A stretch of DNA of 64,000 nucleotides from NCBI GenBank assembly GCA_051294905.1, contig CM119372.1:28150001-28214000 (forward strand), written 5' to 3'. This document shows, piece by piece, positions 39,441-52,258 of the stretch. The notes beneath the pieces are model-generated. The model saw only the letters and a list, made by a program, of their open reading frames with translations. It was not told where the DNA came from and ran no database searches. Origin of the DNA: Botryllus schlosseri (taxonomy: Eukaryota). Each line of letters begins with the position of its first letter. The first letter of the stretch is position 1. Both the position numbers and the translations under genes were made by a program.

Positions 39441-40025
39441 ATGATGCAGGCATCTCTCTCACTGTGCAGCCTCATTTTGCCGCCCCCTTGGAGCCTGCCG
39501 CCCCTGGCGCAGAGCCAGAACCGCCAGGTGGCTGCTACGCCACTGGTCCGAACTGTCATGAAGTCAACCAGTTATATCCGAACGTATGCTCCTTTATGGC
39601 TGTTTTTATGCTGGAAGTATGCTCAAATTCAATTTGAAATCTCTTTTTCACATATAAATTCCCTCTTGTTTTTTTTTTAACTAGTTCAGATGTGTTGCAG
39701 TTCGCAAGACAATTTTGTAGTCCAGCGACGGCCTCTCAATCAAATATATCCTAAGCGAGCAAATGTTGTACTGAATCCGTCACAACAAGGCCTCTAGTGA
39801 ATGTATTTTTCCTAAATTTTCAAGTCAACATTTCCAGACAGTGACAAAATATTCCAACGACATCGATTCAAGTCAAAGAGATCGCTAGCCTTGCTTTATT
39901 TTTAGTGAACAGCTGCCTGATCGAAAAAAGACATGTTAAACTTGATGCAATGCTACCGAAACGTAATGGATGTCCTAAATTTCAATAAGCTCCAGCAGGG
40001 AATCTGATCACGTGTATGTTATATA

Positions 40026-40554
40026 TAGGGCTGGGCAAAATCGAGTACCTGAGTGATTCGATTCTGAATCACGTAAAATGCTTCGAGTCGAATCGAGTAA
40101 TCGAGTATCACTCATTATGACGTCATAGCAGAATATTATTTGTCAAGGTTCAGATATGTACCTTTCAAGCGACCACAAAGAATATAATGCCTGTTATCCA
40201 TCATGTTAAGGATACTTTGTTATTTTTTTCGACCATACCGATTTCATTGCACTTGGTGACAATATTGTGGGATGATCATGACTTCGGAAATGTGCTATTT
40301 CCAGTTACGTTCGTAGCTTTGTACTTCATGTTTCGTATGCTACGATACGGCCAATCAAGGTTTCAAGGCTTCAACAGTGAAATTAGCATGAACTCGTTGA
40401 TCGTTGATAAACTCCTCGTTGATAAATTAACTTTCGGTGGTGAGGAGCGTATAATTTCAGTACTCGAAAAAATCGTCTTTTACTACTCGACTCGAATCAT
40501 TGAAATTAATACTCGATTCAGATTCGAGTACTCGAATCATTGTGCCCAGCCCTA
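40026..40554. mobile_element. hAT-type MITE with tcgagt/actcga subterminal repeats
   Basis: TIR tagggctgggca / tgcccagcccta; perfect TSD GTTATATA. Confidence 0.88.
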
Positions 40555-40563
40555 GTTATATAT

Positions 40564-41129
40564 CAGGGCTGTAAACAAGTCACGAGGCTCCGAGTCACAA
40601 GTCAATCTCACTTTCTCGAGTCAAGTCGAGTCATTTTCAATTCACCATTGAGTCAAATCCGAGTCCAAGTCACCGAACAGAGGGTCGAGTGCGAGTCATG
40701 GTATTATAACTCGAGTCCGTCCGAGTCCAAGTCATTGTGTTGACTGCTCAGTTTCCAGTTGAGTCTTGTTAAACCCATTTTTATAACTCTGTATGGTGAT
40801 ATTGAATGATTTGGATTTATGATATACTAATTTTCCTCACTTTGAGCAGTTTCTTGTCGCATTTTCAAGTACCAAGACCAATAGACGAAATTCCAATAGG
40901 GTGATCACTTTACTGTACTTCGGAATTACAATAAAATGTCGGTCTTGGCCGTCTTATAGTATCGAGTCATATGGCATGGTTCGAGTCATGCACAATGACT
41001 CGAGTCCAAGTCGAGTCAATACACAGATTATCTCGAGTCGAGTCGTTTCCGTATTTTGAGAAAATGACTCGAGTCAAATCGAGTCATCAGAAAATGGTTA
41101 CTCGAGTCTGGTCATAGTGGTCAACCCTG
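40564..41129. mobile_element. cgagtc-rich MITE adjacent to 40026-40554
   Basis: Ends cagggctg / caaccctg; TSD TTATATAT/CTATATAT. Confidence 0.75.
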
Positions 41130-42384
41130 CTATATATGAAAGTACCAATAATATTGACCAAATGCATACGCAAACTTGAGAAAAGAATCTCGAGACCAGC
41201 AGTTATATTAGCAATTTGTACATGGTAAGCCGAAAACACAAATGGAAGTGTTGTGGGGGTCTGTTGAGTCAAGCCTTCCAGAATTTGTTTGATTGAGACC
41301 AAGACCATTGTTTTTGGAGGTCTACAAAGTGTTATTACACCACTGCTAGAAACAAACAATCGGTACCGCCCGTCTTATTCTCTCAGTCAAGAGGTGTTTG
41401 AGCGGTAAAAACGACATTTTTTAATCATCGGGCGGATTTCTCCTAAGGGGGGAATTTTGGCTTAAATTTCGGCCAAGGGAGGCACGAGATGAAAAAGGTT
41501 GGGAACCACTGCCTTATATGATCAGTTAATTATGCTTGATAATAAAGTATGCAATTGAAAAGCAAGGGCACGAGGTAACATTTTGGAATCAGTTGACTGG
41601 TCCGGACCGCGGGCTATTTGAAGGCTTAAATCCGGCCCACGGCGCAATTTGAGTTTGACACCCCTGGTGTAAAGTAAACGCATATGAATTAAAATAGTGA
41701 AAGAATCCAAGTAGTGGGTAGGATATAGATATACTGCATAGAGTGATGTCTAGAGAGTACCACAATGATCTGGACTCCTGACGTACGATGTGCCAGCTGG
41801 CAATGTTATCACATCAATCACATCAACACGCAGTCATCCGCTGGGTCTCAACTATGCATGTACCATTAGGGATAGGTTTAATATCTAATTCTAAATGCAG
41901 CAAAATTACTTTTGTCAAAATTGAACTCCCTATCTCAAAGTTATCGCAATTTGAAAATGGATATTTTGTGCTCACCCAATCATGAAATATGATTATTTTG
42001 ACATTACATGCGATATTAGCGGCGATGGAATAAAGTAGCTATGTTGTTATATTTCCCCAATCAAATGGGGTCATGGGCACTGTTCCTGCTATGCTGCGCG
42101 CGCGCGCAATTGCGCACTTCTGACACAGCATGCGCGCACTGAAAACCTGTGCTGCGCACAAGAAAAAAATCAACCCGTGGTTCGAAAAAACTAACGAATA
42201 TTATTTGTTTCGCAGAACGTACTGATGCTTATCAGAGCAAATTGACGACCCATTTAGATGTACAAATGTACATCACTAATTTGTATTCGGAAAATAGCAA
42301 TCAGACGAAGCGACGCGATCTCGTCACAGACGTCGATTTCGGCGCGAGTGCGCTGACAAAAAACATCTCACTCGATCAGGTGAG

Positions 42385-42667
42385 ATGGTGGCGAGATAGC
42401 GTAGTGGTATAATCCACAGCTGCAACACCAATGGGTTGCGGGTTCGAGTCCGAGGTCGACTCCTGAATTCCTACCTTCGTCTTGGAGTTTACCTATGCTC
42501 CTCCTCGTCATCTCATCCGTGTAAGGGTAAGCAATGTCTTATAAAAGCCTAGTGGGCCGTGCTACAAGTTGGCAGTTAGGGAATAAAAATGAAGAAAATT
42601 GACCTGGTGTAAATGACCATAGTAGTCGACAAACACCATGAATACGGCAAACAACAACAACAACAAC
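42385..42667 (+). mobile_element. tRNA-derived SINE family A, full length (~290 bp)
   Basis: A box tagcgtagtggt (~42396), B box ggttcgagtcc (42441), (caa)n tail; at least six copies in the window. Confidence 0.85.
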
Positions 42668-42708
42668 CCCCCGACAAGATATACGTCTTAAAACTAAATA
42701 CTGGAGTA

Positions 42709-43670
42709 GGGGAGATGTGGTACCGATGGATCAAAAATTGGAAAATGATCGCTGGCCCCAAAATGTTCAGCCGAAATCAGCAGATCTTTTGCTGGCTCAG
42801 CACTTTGATACAAGCTCTACCTATCGCGCACATATACATGAATATCCGTCTTTTCAAAAAATATTTATTGACGTTCAAAATTTGTTGCTCGAACGTATCA
42901 TTGGTCCCCACCCGGTGGGTCCAATGGCACACGACCCGGGGACCTATGAGACATATACTCTAAAAAACTCAGATGTGACAACATTTCTTGCTCAGTATTT
43001 TAATCTAAGCCACAGCAAGCAAAAGAAGAATGTTTGGTCGCAACCGTCAAAAAATAGAATAAATATTAACTCAAATGTTGTCATAAAATCACGTTTCGAT
43101 TCAGGCACGAACTTAAAAATTTGAGGGTACATACATTTTGCCCCAAAATCGACAGTGTGACTTCCAAATACCTCGTTATAGCGATAAAACATCATATGCA
43201 ATTATTACATAAAGATTTTCTGTACGTAGGCATGTTTTATTTGTTTCATGATTAGTATGCTTGATTATTTCGCTTGATTTGGCTATTGTATCATCGGTCC
43301 CCACCCTACGAATTTTATACATGAATAGAAAAAAATTCCACGCAACGAAGGTACCGAAAAAAATAATAGGTGCCATTATATAGCCTGATACAAGCCGTAC
43401 ACTACACAATGAAAATGATTGCTGGTTTGTTCGTGTTGAAGGTTACAAAGAAAAATGTATATGTCGATCTAAATTTAGTTTACACCCCCCAAAACAGAAA
43501 ACATCTGTCAAAGACTTCATAGCTCGCGCACGTCGTGATTTTTTGTATGTGAAGAAAGATTCTGCCAGCATGCAATTGTAGAGAAGTCCACGGAGTGTAA
43601 TCATGGAATTATCATAGAGAATTTTCAAAGTATTTTCGGTCCCAGTGATCCATCGGTACCACATCTCCCC
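42709..43670. mobile_element. Non-autonomous DNA transposon with perfect 25-bp TIR and TA flanks (Tc1/mariner/pogo-like)
   Basis: ggggagatgtggtaccgatggatca ... tgatccatcggtaccacatctcccc, flanked by TA on both sides. Confidence 0.8.
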
Positions 43671-44391
43671 TACATTACAGATCTTCATTTGTCACTTACC
43701 TTCGAAGTAGTCTGACATGCCTAGGGAGCTAATACTTTAACTACTACTGCTAATACTTGCGTAGCGATATGCTGACTGATTTGAACACACTTGTAGCTTA
43801 GGTGCAGAGTGTAAACATTATTATCCAACTGATTGAAACTAATAAAGGTAACGTTTCTGTACTTAACAGGTAGTACGGTAGCTGTGTCACTAATATTTAT
43901 ATTTTGTGATCAAGATCAAGTGGAGATTAAGACGCTATTAGATGCTGACTCACGATGGCTTCAGAAACTAAGTCTGCTATTACATTGACCTGATGACAGA
44001 CGTAAATCATAAACGTTAATTGACAGTAAACCTAAATTGACGTAAATTCCCAGCAAATTAGGAATTGGTTGCGATACTGTGAAAAACAAGAAATTACGTT
44101 TTAATCCTATACATGTATAATCTGTGCTTTTAAAGATCCACAGTCACCCACTCATTTATCCGTTTATTTATATTTGCATCAGTTCAAAACGACACAAGAT
44201 TGCGATTCAGTGAAAAAGAAGGAATCGATGTAAAGTGGAAAAGTCTTTCAAACAAACACCCACCCTGGCCAACAAAAAATATTAAAATGATAATAACAGG
44301 TAAACCATCCATCATTAACGTACATACTGAATAAAAAATAACAAAAGAAAGCATAAAATAGTCAAGCAGCAAAAGTTGGCACGATATAGCG

Positions 44392-46387
44392 CAGTGATTC
44401 CCAACCTTTTCGGATGTTGGAGCCGCATTTCAAACTTCAGAGTACGTATGAAGCCGCATGAAAACACTCGAGTATGTAGTGGATGACGAAAATTTAATGG
44501 TAGCTAGTCTAGACTAGGGTTGCCATACGTCCGGAATTTCCCGGACATGTCCGGAATTTCACTGTTCAAACTAGCGTCCGAGAGGAATTTCTAAAATATG
44601 CCAAATGTCCGTAATTTTGAAGACTTGACGTAGGCTCATAATTTTTTCGTAAATCAGCATAAAAACAATACTTTTTGAGAATATTTATGCTGATGCATGA
44701 TATTTTTCTTCGCGCTGCGCGCGATTTACTGTCGCATTTATTGATTTTCATATGGAGACTACCAACCGCGCAAAAACTGCAATAAAATATAAATAAAAAC
44801 AACCTTCATTTACTGGAATAAGCCTAATTGTAATCGCAATTATAGGAGAACGGTATATTCCTAGAGATCGTTAAGGCCGTTTAAATGCTTTATTCAAAGA
44901 TAGTGGTTCCAAACGGGGGGTCGTTTGCCTTGATTCTGGGGTTTGCGAATATGTTGAACGTAATCAGCTTCCAAAATAGCCGTTGAGTAAGTCTGAACAA
45001 AGGTGCTGACTTCTTTTAGTTATAAGCTCGTCAAATTTTGATCTGGGCCACGGAACATTTTCAAATTGGAGATGGAGTCGCGACCATAAAAGGTTGGAAA
45101 CCACAGGATGTGGGGTGTTTATAAAGCTCCGTGGTGCGCACCGGCATAAGGCTGATAAGCAATCTTATCGGTAGGACATGAACATGACTTAACGATGTGC
45201 AATTACGCTACCTGTATTTTTGAACTCATTATCCTCCACCAGATCATGTGGGCGGAGAGTAGTATCTAATCGTTGGGTTATAATTTTTATCTGAACAAGT
45301 CACACACAACATACAATGCGATAAGACAGAATGCGATGTAATGAACAGATAGGAGGAAGGATATCAAACGACACGTAGATGCGATCCTTTTTAGACTGAC
45401 ATCCACCTCGGCCTAGAGTGCCCGATGTAACAGTTATTTTCGATGTTGATCTTTTAAAGCCGCGGCCCGTTCTAGTTCTTTCCATTCCTTGTGAGTGCTT
45501 TCTTTGGTCGGGTCTTTTTCTGGGCTTTTTTATCGCCGTAAAAACGGCGACGGCGGGGAAAGAGGGGCCCAGATGAGCCTCCGACGGGAATCGAACCGGT
45601 GCCGTACGATTCGTGGGCGCTTATCGTTAAGACACACAGCCACATACTCCTGAACCGGATCGTGACCACCTCTATATGGTCTATAAGCAACGCTTTGCTA
45701 GTGTGACGTCATAACTCATTTTGAAATTCACCAGTGGGCGCTAAAGAGTGTCCGGAATTTGGGTTGCTGAAATATGGTAACCCTAGTCTAGACTACCTCT
45801 GGATCTCACCATCCAGCTAATTCAAAAGCATGCACATAGACTTGTGTAGATTCTTTATCGGTTATTTTAACATTGATAGACGCAGATTGGCGGGTGCTAT
45901 ACATTAAAATAAACTGAAAATGCATATCGTCGCTACAACATACTATATATGTCGTTATATGGTAGCTCTTATACATTCCAGCACTTAATGTACAAGTTTG
46001 AGGGCGATTATACGCTGAGTATTATTGGTAATATTGCAATTTATACTTGACTATGAGCCGTTACTTGAGTCAAAATTTACTCTTCACATAGACGATCTAT
46101 AAAGTTCTATGACCAGCAGAACTCAGGATAGGCCAACATCATTGTCTGGCAGGTATTCATCCATGCGTTTGAAGCTAGCTTGCAAGAATTCTCTTTCCCC
46201 GTTTTCAGAAGCAGCCTTGGGCGGCCTTAGATATAACTAATATCCCATTTTTAGAATTCATGTACGGAAATTGACTATCACCATTCACAGACACGACCAA
46301 CAACTGTCTATTATATGTTGGTGGCATCTTCCGAGGTCAATCAGAGCCGCAAGGACGGTAGTTTGGAGCCGCGGTAGGGAATCACTG
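44392..46387. mobile_element. hAT MITE hosting 44515-45785
   Basis: TIR cagtgattccc / gggaatcactg; flanks ATATAGCG/ATGTAGAG (6/8); gagccgc subterminal motifs. Confidence 0.75.
44515..45785. mobile_element. tagggttgccata-TIR MITE (sister of 25291-28566)
   Basis: TIR tagggttgccata / tatggtaacccta; perfect TSD GTCTAGAC. Confidence 0.9.
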
Positions 46388-46784
46388 ATGTAGAGTCTTG
46401 ATCACGCAATTCTGTTTTCGTAATTGTAAATCAATTGGACTTCATGGCGTTTAAAAGCGGGCTAAGAAGGTTTTTTCGAAAGAAGAGCTGAATAATTTCA
46501 CAAATGAAACTAAATATTTGCGGTTTGCTGGATCTGTGAGGACAGTCTGGTACACAGCACTACACGCATATGAGCAGTTCACGAATGCGAAATTGCTCCA
46601 AGGCTGGGAATGCTATACGTGACACAATGCGTTACAAGATGATGCGAGGTTCTTTATATCAGCGGAAGCCTGCAAAACTAGTCGTATGCAGATCGGTCGT
46701 TGCTACCCTTCAAACATTCGGTCGGCATTCGGGTGCTGCATTCATAGCAATTTCGTTGGTTCAGTAAATCCATTTCTACTTCTA

Positions 46785-46945
46785 TATAAAATTGATTAGT
46801 ATATTCATATTGAAATGAACCCGAATATTTTCGGCTGACACTCGTCACGGGTAATCGTCAGCGACTAGTAAAAAATTGGAAAGAACATTGTCATCCGAAC
46901 ATATTCGGGTTCATTTCAGTGTGAATATACTATTATATTTTATAT
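46785..46945. repeat. Imperfect inverted repeat (~55-bp arms), probably a small fold-back MITE
   Basis: tagtatattcatattgaaatgaacccgaatattttcggctgaca ... tgtcatccgaacatattcgggttcatttcagtgtgaatatacta. Confidence 0.7.
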
Positions 46946-47287
46946 TGAGGTAATATACCTCCAAGAAGCTCTTCAAATATTTCTATTTCCACTTATTGCA
47001 GTTGTATTCGGCCATTCCTCCGACGATTTGTCGCGGGTATTTGATTGATCAAAAGCAGTGATTCTCAACCGCGGCTCCAATTGACGTTTGAAAATCTCTC
47101 AAAAATATTAAAAAATGGAATTATAACAAAAAATATTCAAAAATTACCCTTGCTTGGCTTGGACACTGGAGTTTATAATTAAGGATGGAGCCCAATTCCT
47201 CTGCTGTCGAGTAGTGATTCTCCAGTCAGCACCTTCTTCGTTACTTAACTCACGCCAACTACTACTACTACTACTACAACAACAACT

Positions 47288-47645
47288 TAGGATTACTATA
47301 TTTTGGAAGCGGGAAAGGAGGACACTTTTTCAAAATTTTTAAACTTAAAACAAAATTCAACTTCCTCGCTCAGCGCACAAAATACAGTTTTTTCCTCCAC
47401 ATTAAGAGGTAGTTGACTGAAAAAAAAGTCAACTTTCCGGCTCAGCTCCCGAAATACCCGCCTGAGCGTTAGTTCAGTGCTGCTTTAAGATATCTCAGTA
47501 GAATTTGGAGCTATGTTTAACCAAAATTCTCAAAAAAGAGGACAAAATCTCAAAAATAAGGACATTTAGGCGTCCTCGGAGGAAATTTTTAAAAACGCGA
47601 AAAATGAGGACAAATTCTACTAAAGGAGTACGTATGGTAACCCTA
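47288..47645. mobile_element. Inverted sister of MITE 36237-36559, inserted in a (cta/caa)n microsatellite
   Basis: Reverse-complement homology to 36237-36559; ends taggattactata / tatggtaacccta. Confidence 0.7.
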
Positions 47646-48107
47646 CTACTACTACTTTTCGGGGCAATGTGATAAATGAAACTGTTTCCAATATCTCAGG
47701 TGTTTTTCCAATATTAATAAACCCTCAGATCGTATGTAAAGTACTGGTATATTTATCATCGTTTTGGTAAAGCATAGTATACCTACTTATTATACGATAC
47801 TCCCAAACCACGTTTTCAAAGGCAGAGAAGTCGGGGAAACGATGGTGTGAACCCGTAAAGAAGGGATATCAAACTCAATTTGTGCCGCAAGCTTGATTCA
47901 CAGATGACGTGCCAGATCAGTCAATTCATGCGAAATTGTTACCTCCAAATCCATACCTTCGTTTTTCACTGGAATGCTTCATTATCAAGCCTATGTATAA
48001 TAAATAATATCACGGATAATCGAGGCTTCATTCTTACGACACATTTATTCGCAAATAATGGAATTGGCAAAAATACGTTGCTTGTCCGATTGAATACAGT
48101 TCAAAAA

Positions 48108-48615
48108 CAGGGGCGGGCAACATACGGCCCGCGAAGGGATTTTAGGCTGCCCGCAGATACTTTCCGGTCTCGCATGATAATGTGGCCCGCTGCCGGAGAA
48201 AGGTGGCCAAGAAACTACTTGTTCTGTTCGGATCCATACACATTTGCGAGCAAATATTTTCGACCATGACAATGAACAGACAAAGTTGCGTTTCAATCTA
48301 ACTGATGCTCACGTGCAGTCTTTACCGAGGGTTTCTGCGTCCAGCGTTCAAAGATCTTGACGACAACTTTGTTCGACCACAGATCTCATTGACTTCAACA
48401 GGCATTGAAGTATATTACGTTAATAAATTATTTAAATTACTGTTTTTGACCTCTATGCTTTCAACTTAAAATTCCCATTATACACGATTTATTCCTTGTA
48501 TAGGTGGATAAATAGCCTACCTACACGATTACTGTATCGATTTAGAAGTCCGGCCCGCAAGTAGCTCATTTTTTTCTATATCCGGCCCGCCGACTGGAGA
48601 AGTTGCTCGCCTCCG
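48108..48615. mobile_element. hAT MITE (caggggcgggcaac TIR), relative of 55549-57082
   Basis: Ends caggggcgggcaac / gttgctcgcctccg; the right part matches the reverse complement of 55549-55680. Confidence 0.7.
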
Positions 48616-50844
48616 GTTTAAAGCCACTAAAACGTGAAAGTATTTCTTATTAAAATTTCAACTTTTGATATGACGTTGTCTAATTATGCCATAATTGTGT
48701 AAATTCACCCGAAAAACCATGGACTACCGGCAATTTGCACCCAAAATAGTCGACCTATACGATGTGGGGTGGCTGGAACCCTCGAAATCGTCGTCGGTTC
48801 AACAGTTTTTGCGCGTAAATATAGATCATTGGTACGGTATGGGTTTTCTGCTAATGATGACCGACGACCGTAAAAATGCTGCATAACGATGCAGTCCTGG
48901 TTAAAGATATTTGTGGTCTGTTTATGACAGTGATCGGAAGCCGTTTTCGACGAAGGAGCCATATTCACCGTACATTTTCAATTGTCAATGCCAATCCGCT
49001 GTGACGTCACAATAAAATATTCGTGACGTCATGGCTACAAAAAAATTAAAAAACATGTTTATAAAAGGGCCTTGTTTTAAACATGTTTGTTTTAAATTGA
49101 TTTTTGTTTTAAATGCAACCCTAGGCATGATGCAAATGAACATTATAGGCTAGTCGACAAACACCACGAATACCACAAACAAACAACCGAAAACTCCCTT
49201 CGAGAGACGCACTTGATTCCGAATTCACATTTCATTGCGGGGTGGATTTGTACCGTGGGGCTCCTATTACAGGGAGAGGACTATTAGTCGCCGGCCATTT
49301 CGGCACCTGGACTTATAAATAGTAAATACCGACGATTTCGGCCAACATGTGGCGGCCGTTTGAGCCAAGATTGTATCGCCACTAAACTTTTGGCAGTGCT
49401 CCCTACCCCTTTGAGGGTGATACCTGCTGTTTGGGTGCGGCAGTTACGGCACTGATAAATAGTGTTGACAGGATACTGTATTGAGAGAACATTGGTTTCA
49501 TACGAAAGGTGTCAATCATGACGATATGAAGAATTGGTGGAATTTCGCATCATGATGTTGTAATCAAATTCGAAAGGATCTGGGGTAATGTTGGGCTGCT
49601 CATGGAATCTTCTGGGCCCGGGAACAACTAGGAAACGCGGGCCCCCAACAGTCCCATATTTTTTAGGAATTACCAACTCTGCTACTGTGTGGGAAGATAT
49701 TCTCATGATCTCGCTTAGATATATTTATAACTGTAACCCCAATGTTTCTCTTGTTCCAAATATTTTTGCGTGCGTTTTTGTTTCAGTCTACGTCGGTATT
49801 CTGGTCGGGATAAGCGATCTTGAAAATGGGTGAAGCGGTCTCAATCAGATTGACAAAGAAAGGGGCATGGATGCGGGAAGGCGTATCCTACAAGCCCCAA
49901 TACATACATTGGAAATGAAGTCAGCCTGATAGTAGCAGAGAGAATTAAGACTGAGCAATCCTAGAGGTTTACCGTACCAGTTACAACGAAACACCCAAAT
50001 ACGAAACTATTATCTTGTTTTCCAAAGCGTCGCAACCAATTTGTTATTTGTTGCTGATTTTCGGTTATTAACGGTAACACGGGTTCACGTTTAAGATTTA
50101 CGTCTGGTAACGCAGGATCATACAACAGCTAGAGGACTTTGTTTTCTGTAGCTATCGTGAGTCAGTATCGAATGTTGTAATCTCGACTTGATCTTGATTG
50201 CAATATAAATATTACTGACTTAATTACCTCAATTACATATGTAAAGTACAGCAACATCATTTCTTTAGTTTCTATCCGTTGGATATTATTTATGCTTTGC
50301 AGGTCAGCTATATATATATATATATATAGCCTATATATGGACCTAATCACCACAAGAAGACAGCGTCCTTAAGGAGCCTAAATCAATAGAGGGCTGTGCT
50401 ATAATTGGTCGGTCAAAATAGATCCAGCCCGAAACGTATGAGGCTGGTGAAATTCATCGTAGATAATGAACATGGTGAAATTGAGACAGTCATAGAATGA
50501 CATTGAATTTCGAAAATGATTTCATCATACGCGAAATTGATTAGCGCTGATCACTGATCAGTCAATAAAATTACTCAGGGGCCGACTCTCGTTCATCGTT
50601 GCATCGTTCGTGATATAATTTGGCCTTCTCTAAGGAAGCAAAATACAAATGGCACCTTTATTGTGAAAATCTTCCACGTTAGACCGATACTACCGAATAT
50701 CCATGAATTTCAGCAAGTCTACGAGATTGCATTTATCAAGAAAGGATAGATGTATAGCATTACTTTTAGGCGGTATGCGTTGTGATAATTTAATATTCGA
50801 AAAGAGGTAAAATAATGAAATTCGTAACAGTTTAGAAAATAAAA

Positions 50845-51987
50845 ATGTTCTGCATTGTGTTAGTTGCAATTGCGTTGTTGTTTCCATGTACGCAAGGACA
50901 GCTGATTGGACACTCTTGCACGGTTTCATGTCCTGGAAAACCTGTCTCAGGGGGGACGAAGGAGTGTAATTGCAACGGGCTTGCAGACGAACTCGGCAGC
51001 GTCCGGTTTTCGCTACATAAACTGACAAGTAAACTTTTGCGTTGTGTAATATTGGTTTAGCGTGAAATCCGAAGCAATATAATCGATTAAATATCACTGA
51101 ATTAACATATCTAAATCTATACTCTACGCAGGCATTGTACTCGCTGAATGGTCAAAGGCTAACAACGGTCGCTGGTACAGAATGTTCCGGAAGCCGGAGA
51201 CGTTTCAGAAGGCAAGGGAGATCTGCAAGCAACATGGTGCTCATCTGGCTTCTGCTGGAATGAAGAACCTCGCCGACATCAGGTAGGACTCTATTTACTA
51301 ACCCAGCAACCGCATGTTATTATTACCATCCGGCTACCACCTCAGTTTTATAAAAAAAAGTTCCAAAATGGTGGTGCCATTTCGAAACTTGCGTTTACTC
51401 ATTCCCAATTTTCTTCTTTTTTATCAGCGCTATCGATTTATCACTTGCATTCTGCGTCGAATTTTGACACATTTTAAGCAGTATATCAATGCGTTTCGGT
51501 AATGTTTTCCCGCTAGGCGTCAGGCACTCCATTATTATCATCGTAACACAACATTAGCGTTTATTGCCCATCGAAGCTATGTACACCAATAGTGTAAGTT
51601 TATAGTCTCCCTGTCTTTGAGTTCGTAATGTAGAAGTATATTTGAAATTTCACAACCTCTATATGCTATTTACTCCCGAGGCATATTTCGCCACGGTAAT
51701 TCCTGTCACCGAATACTTTAATAATACACTCCTGTTTCAGAAAAATCATACGCTTGGTTGGCATAAGAAATAATGAACAAACGTGGATCGGTCTTAGTGA
51801 CTTGGAAAGAGAAGGAACATGGGCGTGGGAAGACGGCTCCTCCGGGCCCGTTGTCAATTGGACGCCCGCTCAACCTGACAATCACCTCGGGAAGGAGCAT
51901 TGCGTTCATTTTTGGAGCAATTTCCAATTCAATGATTCAGTGTGTGACGCTGAAAAGAATTTCCTGTGCGAAACTGACGTATTTTGA
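50845..51987 (+). CDS. Secreted C-type lectin, 193 aa, 3 exons (50845-51028, 51132-51282, 51741-51987), QPD (galactose-type) motif
   Basis: Signal peptide MFCIVLVAIALLFPCTQG. GT-AG introns have compatible phases (1 and 2), giving one frame. CTLD motifs: 'WYRMF...TFQKAREICKQHGAHLAS', 'TWIGLSD..REGTWAWEDG', 'NW.PAQPDN..EHCV..FND..C..NFLCE'. AATAAA lies at 51999. Confidence 0.92.
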
Positions 51988-52258
51988 TTGGTTGTATTAA
52001 TAAATTGCATGACGCTGTAACGTTAATGCATGTGTGTCTTAGTGCGTCGGTTAAATACGCATAGGGGAACTCAATATTTATGAAGGTGCAAAAACTATAT
52101 GCGGTGACAGCTAGACATGTGAAATTGCAAAACCAGGCGAATCATACTCTGTTATGTGACGTCACAATTAGGTACTGCTCGTGATGGTGCTTCGACCTAA
52201 CATAACCCTAAAAAATATCCCATGCAAGAAACGGGGTCAAAGTCAGATAACTCATAAC

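Larger units (their letters stand above)
37741..39545 (-). mobile_element. hAT (Tip100/ZMYM1-like) deletion derivative, level 3, with transposase remnant
   Basis: TIR ca(c/g)tggcgtagcagc; perfect TSD GTCCGAAC; minus strand ~38285-37975 reads 'LKLYLDIGVSTASCVRSFSKLKLIKSY..DRLSAPSILSIERDYVQKLEFEDIIAAFA'. Confidence 0.88.
37629..41511. mobile_element. hAT MITE, level 2 of the nest
   Basis: TIR cagtggttcccaacc / ggttgggaaccactg; perfect TSD CCTTATAT. Confidence 0.9.
37031..41666. mobile_element. Outermost hAT MITE of a four-level nest
   Basis: Ends caggggcgtcgaac / gtttgacacccctg; perfect TSD GTGTAAAG. Confidence 0.85.

Noticed and set aside
42385..42460. tRNA gene
   Set aside because: It is the tRNA-like head of a multi-copy SINE that continues into a body and (caa)n tail.
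45570..45650. tRNA gene on the minus strand
   Set aside because: A B box is present, but I could not build a convincing acceptor stem or D arm, and it lies inside a MITE.
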